Assembly (NCBI RefSeq): GCF_006345805.1
Contig: NC_043009.1
Coordinates: 33,294,001-33,358,000 of the forward strand
Reading direction: 5' to 3'
Length of the DNA: 64,000 nucleotides
Source: Octopus sinensis
Taxonomy: Eukaryota
The notes under the pieces were generated by a model, which had not been told where the DNA came from, ran no database searches, and saw nothing but the letters and a program-made list of their open reading frames with translations. The translations under genes and the position numbers were made by a program. This document shows positions 58,561 to 64,000 of the stretch, piece by piece. How positions within the stretch are numbered: the first letter of the stretch is position 1; each line of letters starts with the position of its first letter.

Positions 58561-59257
58561 TATATGCATACGTAGTGATATATTCATACACACACACACA
58601 CAGAAGTATGGGAACATGCATACATTTATGCACATACATATGTATATATATTAGATACAGACACACTTACTGCATACATACATGCATACATACATACATA
58701 CATACATACATACATACATACATACATACATACATACATACATACTGATGTCGTAGATAGCTGTAGCATTCACAGCCTAAATTTACAAGCCTACATCTGA
58801 ACAAAGAATCGCTGTCTATTTTCACGACACTTAGTCTAAAGTAAAGAATCAAAAAGTATTTGGTAAAATATGTGTGCTGGAACCGATGAAAGGCAGGAGG
58901 TGGGGAAACAATAAATTGGACAAAAGATGGAAGAAATCCCATTTAAAATTCCACCTATTAGCAGCAAGAATCTACACGGAAACTCTTTTAGCATATTTTT
59001 GTTTTGATCATAAACGTTTTTCGTCGAATTCTACAACTATTATATTCTTATCTTGCCAACTTCATTATTCAGGATATTTTATAAAAACCTTCAAATTTCT
59101 TAATTTATTTGTTTATTTTTCTTTTCCGTGTGAGTCTTATTTCTTTTCTTTTTTTTTTTTTGTTTGTTTTGATGGGAGGAAGAATTTATGCAGCAAATCT
59201 CTTGGAATTATTCTTTACCTGTATATATTTATATATTTATTTAGTTTTACACTGTGT

Positions 59258-59300
<43 letters not shown>

Positions 59301-59509
59301 TGTGTGTGTGTGTGTGTGTAAACTACTGTCTGTTTATATATACACATGTAGAAGTGTTTATATATTTATGTACATCTGCAGAAGTTTCCAGCCTAATAAT
59401 GCAAATTTTACTCCAAGTATTTTTCTTTTTTAATTATGCTTCTACCGAGGATAAAACACAAATAAAATTGACACTGTATATATACGCGCGCGCGTATGTA
59501 TACAGTATG

Positions 59510-59636
<127 letters not shown>

Positions 59637-59974
59637 GTATTGTTTATTTCATTATAAGAGTGATTCTTTACAGTTGGCCATATATTTCGCTTTTTATTAG
59701 CTTTGCAGAAGAATTAGGAATTTGCTTCACTTTATTGGAATTTAAAGCAAGAAATGGATGACCTCTGAACACAAATAGATTTTCTATTTATAGAGAAGAC
59801 GCGGTTATTCTATATTGAGTTGGAACGAAAAGTTGTTCGGGTTCAACGATAGAAGGATCGTGGTTAGAATGATAAGTATGGTCTCCATGATAATTCTGAA
59901 GAGAAATCATTAAAGTAAGGAATTTTGCTACTTAGGGAACTATGAAACAGTAGATGAAAGCGAGTAGGGACTAA

Positions 59975-60410
59975 GGCGGTAAAATAGTTAAGGAATCTTA
60001 ATAGTTCCCAATGACATAGTTCCTGGTTCAGTCCCACTGTGTGGCACCTTGTGAAAGTGTCTTCTACTATAACCTCAGGCCGACCAAAGACTTGCGAGTG
60101 GATTTGGTAGACGGAAACTAAAAGAAGCTTATCGTGTGTGAGTGTGTGTGCGTGTGTACGTGTGTGCGTATGTGTGTGTATCTATGTGTGTTTTTTTGTG
60201 TCTATCTTTGTCCCCCACCACCGCTTGGAAACCGACTGTTGGTGTGTTTACGTCCCCGCCACTTAGCGTTCGGCAACGAAGTGACCAATAGAACAAGAAA
60301 TAAGCTTGAAAATATGTCCTAGGTTCGGTTTGTTCGACTAAAAAAAAAATTCAAGGTAGTGCTCCAGCATGACTGCAGTCAAGTGACTGAAACAAGTAAA
60401 ATATAAAAGA
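59975..60410 (+). mobile_element. SINE family C, full length
   Basis: tRNA-like head (GGTTCAGTCCCACTGTGTGGCACC), GAGTGGATTTGGTAGACGGAAAC core, internal (TG)n, tail GTGCTCCAGCATG..GACTGAAACAAGTAAAA. Confidence 0.85.
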
Positions 60411-60694
60411 CAAGTGGCACGTAAACGTGTAAAAAGCCGTAACAATTGAGTTTTACCTGTAAAATCTAGAAGGTAAAATATAGAATTTAAAACGAAGATT
60501 GCGTTCATTATGTAGTCGAGATTTTAAGATTATCCTAAACTAACGAGGAAGTCCACATCACAATAAATATCGATTTTATTGAGATGTGTGGCATGGTGGG
60601 TCTTTGGTATTGGGCCCCAAGTCATATTTACTGACAAATCATTTCAGAACTCTCAAACACGAAGAAACGTAGATTTATTCAGGTGATCTCTTAT

Positions 60695-61465
60695 CTATTC
60701 TTTTACTTGTTTCAGCGTATGTCCATGCTGGAGCACCGCCTTGAAAAAATTTGTTGTCATTTATATTCCAGGTATTTATTTTATCGGTTTGTTTTGCCGC
60801 ACCACAGGGGCATAAACACACAAACACCGGTTGTCATGCAGCACCGGGGAGAAATATTCACAAACACACATACACACACATACATGCATATATATACATG
60901 TATATGTGTATATATATACATATATATATATATATTATATATATATATAATATATATATATATATGCATGCATATATTCATATATATATATGTATATATG
61001 TATATATCTAGTAACCAGTCGATCTAGCAAGCGGGCCTCATTTCTATGAGGTGGCACCGACACGCAATGCCAACTTTGAAAGGAAGGCACCGAAACAGTG
61101 CTCATTGTTTCTTGATGACCCCCCATAAACTTGCTAGCATCCAGTATGTGGAGCTTTCAACTGGTAGCACTTGCATCTGCATGCTGTTTGCAAACGAGAA
61201 ATAAACATATGTATGTATGTATGCATGTATGTATGTATGTATGTATGTATGTATGTATGTATGTATGTATGTATGTATGTATGTATACATGTATGTATGA
61301 ATGTATGTATACGACGAGCTTCTTTCAGTTTCCGTCAAATCCACTCACAAGGCTTTGTTCGGTCCGAGGCTATAGTAATAGGCACTCGCCGAAGGTGCCA
61401 CGCATGTGGACTGAACCTGGAACCATGTAGCTGTGAAACAAACTACTTACCGTGTAGCCATGTCT
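60695..61465 (-). mobile_element. SINE family C, interrupted by microsatellites and a ~190-bp insert
   Basis: Tail TTTTACTTGTTTCAG..ATGCTGGAGCACCGCCTTGA and head CAAATCCACTCACAAGG..GGTGCCACGCATGTGGACTGAACCTGGAACC are reverse complements of 59975-60410. Confidence 0.8.
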
Positions 61466-61999
61466 GCTCCAATATTCAGCCAATTATTTTTTTTATTCAG
61501 ACACCATTTTGTTTTCACAGTTGCTCATTCACTGATGTTGTTTTCTAAACATTAAACATCGAATATTTTTGTAATTACACGTTCGTCTAAGACTATTAGT
61601 AGTGATTAACTTATTATCTTCTTACCTTTAATTTAACTTACTGCTAAATATTATTGCTTTATCTACTGATTATCCTTTGCCTTGATATTATAATTGTTTC
61701 TATTCCACATATTTTGATTCTTTATTTGTTTTCCTCATTATACCAAATTTCTTTCTGCGCCATCACCACCAATCTGCAGATTCCTAAAACCTGATTAGTC
61801 AAGTATTTTTTTTTTAATTAAAGTTCTCTTCCTTCTCTCTAATCTTTATTCTTTTTATTCGCTCTTATTGTTCTTAAACCTCTCCTCTGCTCCGATCAAG
61901 CTGATATAAGATCAAACGAATTTCAGTCATAACCATCGTGTCTTGTTTATGTCTACAACTACATTTTAAAGAGGTGTAGTGTCAAAATCCTTAAGTAGA

Positions 62000-62125
62000 A
62001 CGCTAAATAATTGCTTTGTGATACTCAATCCGATTCTCTGCATTCTGAGTTCAAATCTCCGTGAAGTCAACTTCAATTTTCATCCTTCAGTGGTTGATAA
62101 ATAAAATGCCAGTTAATTATTAAGG
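62000..62125 (+). mobile_element. SINE family A, decayed (an opposite-strand decayed copy lies at about 62545-62680)
   Basis: CATTCTGAGTTCAAATCTCCGTGAAGTCAACTTCAATTTTCATCC..TTGATAAATAAA. Confidence 0.65.
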
Positions 62126-62149
62126 TAGATTCTCTTTCTCTCTCTCTCC

Positions 62150-62182
<33 letters not shown>

Positions 62183-63419
62183 CGCTTCTTCCTCCTTTAT
62201 TTTATTTTTTGAGATGTTATGGTGTGATTTAAGGAAGATTTGGCTGCTATGTCTTGCATTTAAAATGGCTTCATGGAGGGTCACTCAAGTGTTCGTAAAA
62301 GAAGGTTGTTCTTGCTGATCTTGAGTTGTTACTGCTTAAGAAGGAAACTGTGACGAAAGATAATGTTCCATTCCCACCATGTCTGTTTTGCAAAGGTTTA
62401 TGCTGTTTCCCATGGACAACTTCTTTAAAGAGTCAGTGTTTATGAGACGAGGTATTACTAATCCCTTGCTCAACTCTCTCCTTTATCCGGTCTTGGAATC
62501 GGTTGGTTTAGTCATTTGTATAACAATAACCAGTCCAGTTGGATGTTTGTGAACTCTGAAAGGGAGAGTAGGTCTGTAAATCGACCGCAGTATTTAACCG
62601 GTGTTTTATTTTATAGACCAAGAGAGGATTAAAGATAAAGTTATCAACATCGGGATTTGAACTCAAACATCAAAGATCTAAAATAAATGAATTATAATGA
62701 ATTCATCCGAGTTACATTTGTTTGCAGTCAAAAAAAAACGACTAACTCAACTCTATTTGTTTTTCAAAGAGTTAGAGACAGAGTTGTCGTAATGAAGAAT
62801 ACAGTATTTCTTGGAATATTAGACAAATATCTTCTAATGCCAACATCTAAAGTAAGCGAAGAATTGTCCAAGTGTTCGTGGAATTGTTATGGAAAACAAA
62901 AGATATTTTTTTAGCATAAAATCTATGATTGTTTTTGTTCAAATTCTTTTTTTTTTTTCTGATTTAATAAAATCAGGAAAATAATATAAAATGAAATTGT
63001 TCAAATAGAGACATTCACGGATTCTTTTGTGTCATGAAATAACTGTTATTGAAGGCTAAAATAAATGAACAAATTCAAAAATTAACAACAGTCACAACAA
63101 CAATATGAAATTATTATTTAAAAAAAGAAAAAAAAGCAATTAAACAGATAAATGATATTTTAAAAAGCATAAACAATACAAATAATCGGTAAGTCAGATG
63201 GAGGGAAGAATCAAAGTTGATGTGAACAGAATAAAACGATGTACTTGAGATAAAACCATCTTCCCCCCCACCAAACCGTCGTTTATTGTTCGTTGTTGGC
63301 AGATAATTATAATCCAATTGAAAATATTTATTAAAAGATAACAAAAGTTCAAACCGACGTTTATATTGTTATATATAGATCTAGCTTTTGTATGTGTGCG
63401 CATGAAAATGATATCACGT

Positions 63420-64000
63420 CGTTGTCATGCTGTTGTTGTTGTTGTTGTTGTTGGTGGTGGGTGGTGGTGGTGGTGGTGGTGGTGGTGGTGGTGGTGATGG
63501 TGGTGGTGCATGTGGTGATGATGATGTCTTACTGAGTTGATGGCACAGAAATATAAATTGGATTAACTTCGTTTAGTTATCAATTTGTCAGCGGATTGCA
63601 TGATGTTATTAAAGATGAGATGATGTCAAGGCAGGCCCCATGGACTTAAAAGGCAAACGCATTCAGTGAAATTACATCGATCTCCATCACCACCACCACC
63701 ACCACCACCACTACCGACACCAACACCGATACCACAACCATCGTATATCGTCGTCATCGTCATCAGCTTCGTAATCATTAAGTAATTCATAACTATCATC
63801 CCCATAATCATCAACACGAGTGTAACCACAATCACCAAGAACAACACAGATATCATCATCATTATCATCATCATCCTCATCATCATCATCTCTACAGCAA
63901 ACACCATCATCATCATTTCAGAACTACCGTCCCTATAACAACCACCACCACTACCAACATCGGGAGCAGCAATAATAGCAGCAGTAGTAGCAGTAGCATC
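63420..64000. repeat. GTT/GGT/GAT and CAC/CAT/CAG low-complexity tracts
   Basis: Direct reading. Confidence 0.85.

Overview
AT-rich eukaryotic genomic DNA saturated with microsatellites and decayed transposons. The SINE families and repeat load resemble a cephalopod (Octopus-like) genome; this is inferred from recalled repeat motifs and was not checked by search. No host protein-coding gene can be supported, and most ORFs in the track are artefacts of simple repeats. Recognisable mobile elements: a Penelope-like GIY-YIG remnant with an inverted partial copy, three R4/Dong-type RLE-LINE fragments, a CR1-like RT fragment, RTE scraps, a rearranged mariner, two Tigger/pogo-like MITEs and many tRNA-derived SINEs. 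Two near-identical tandem duplications (about 1.5 kb and 1.39 kb) have breakpoints inside microsatellites. The most notable signal is an apparently complete type I hammerhead ribozyme at 1653-1701 beside the Penelope remnant. There is also a second hammerhead-like, highly structured insert of about 260 bp between (AAT)n tracts (candidate retrozyme) and several decayed hammerhead cores. Element boundaries were read by eye and are approximate.
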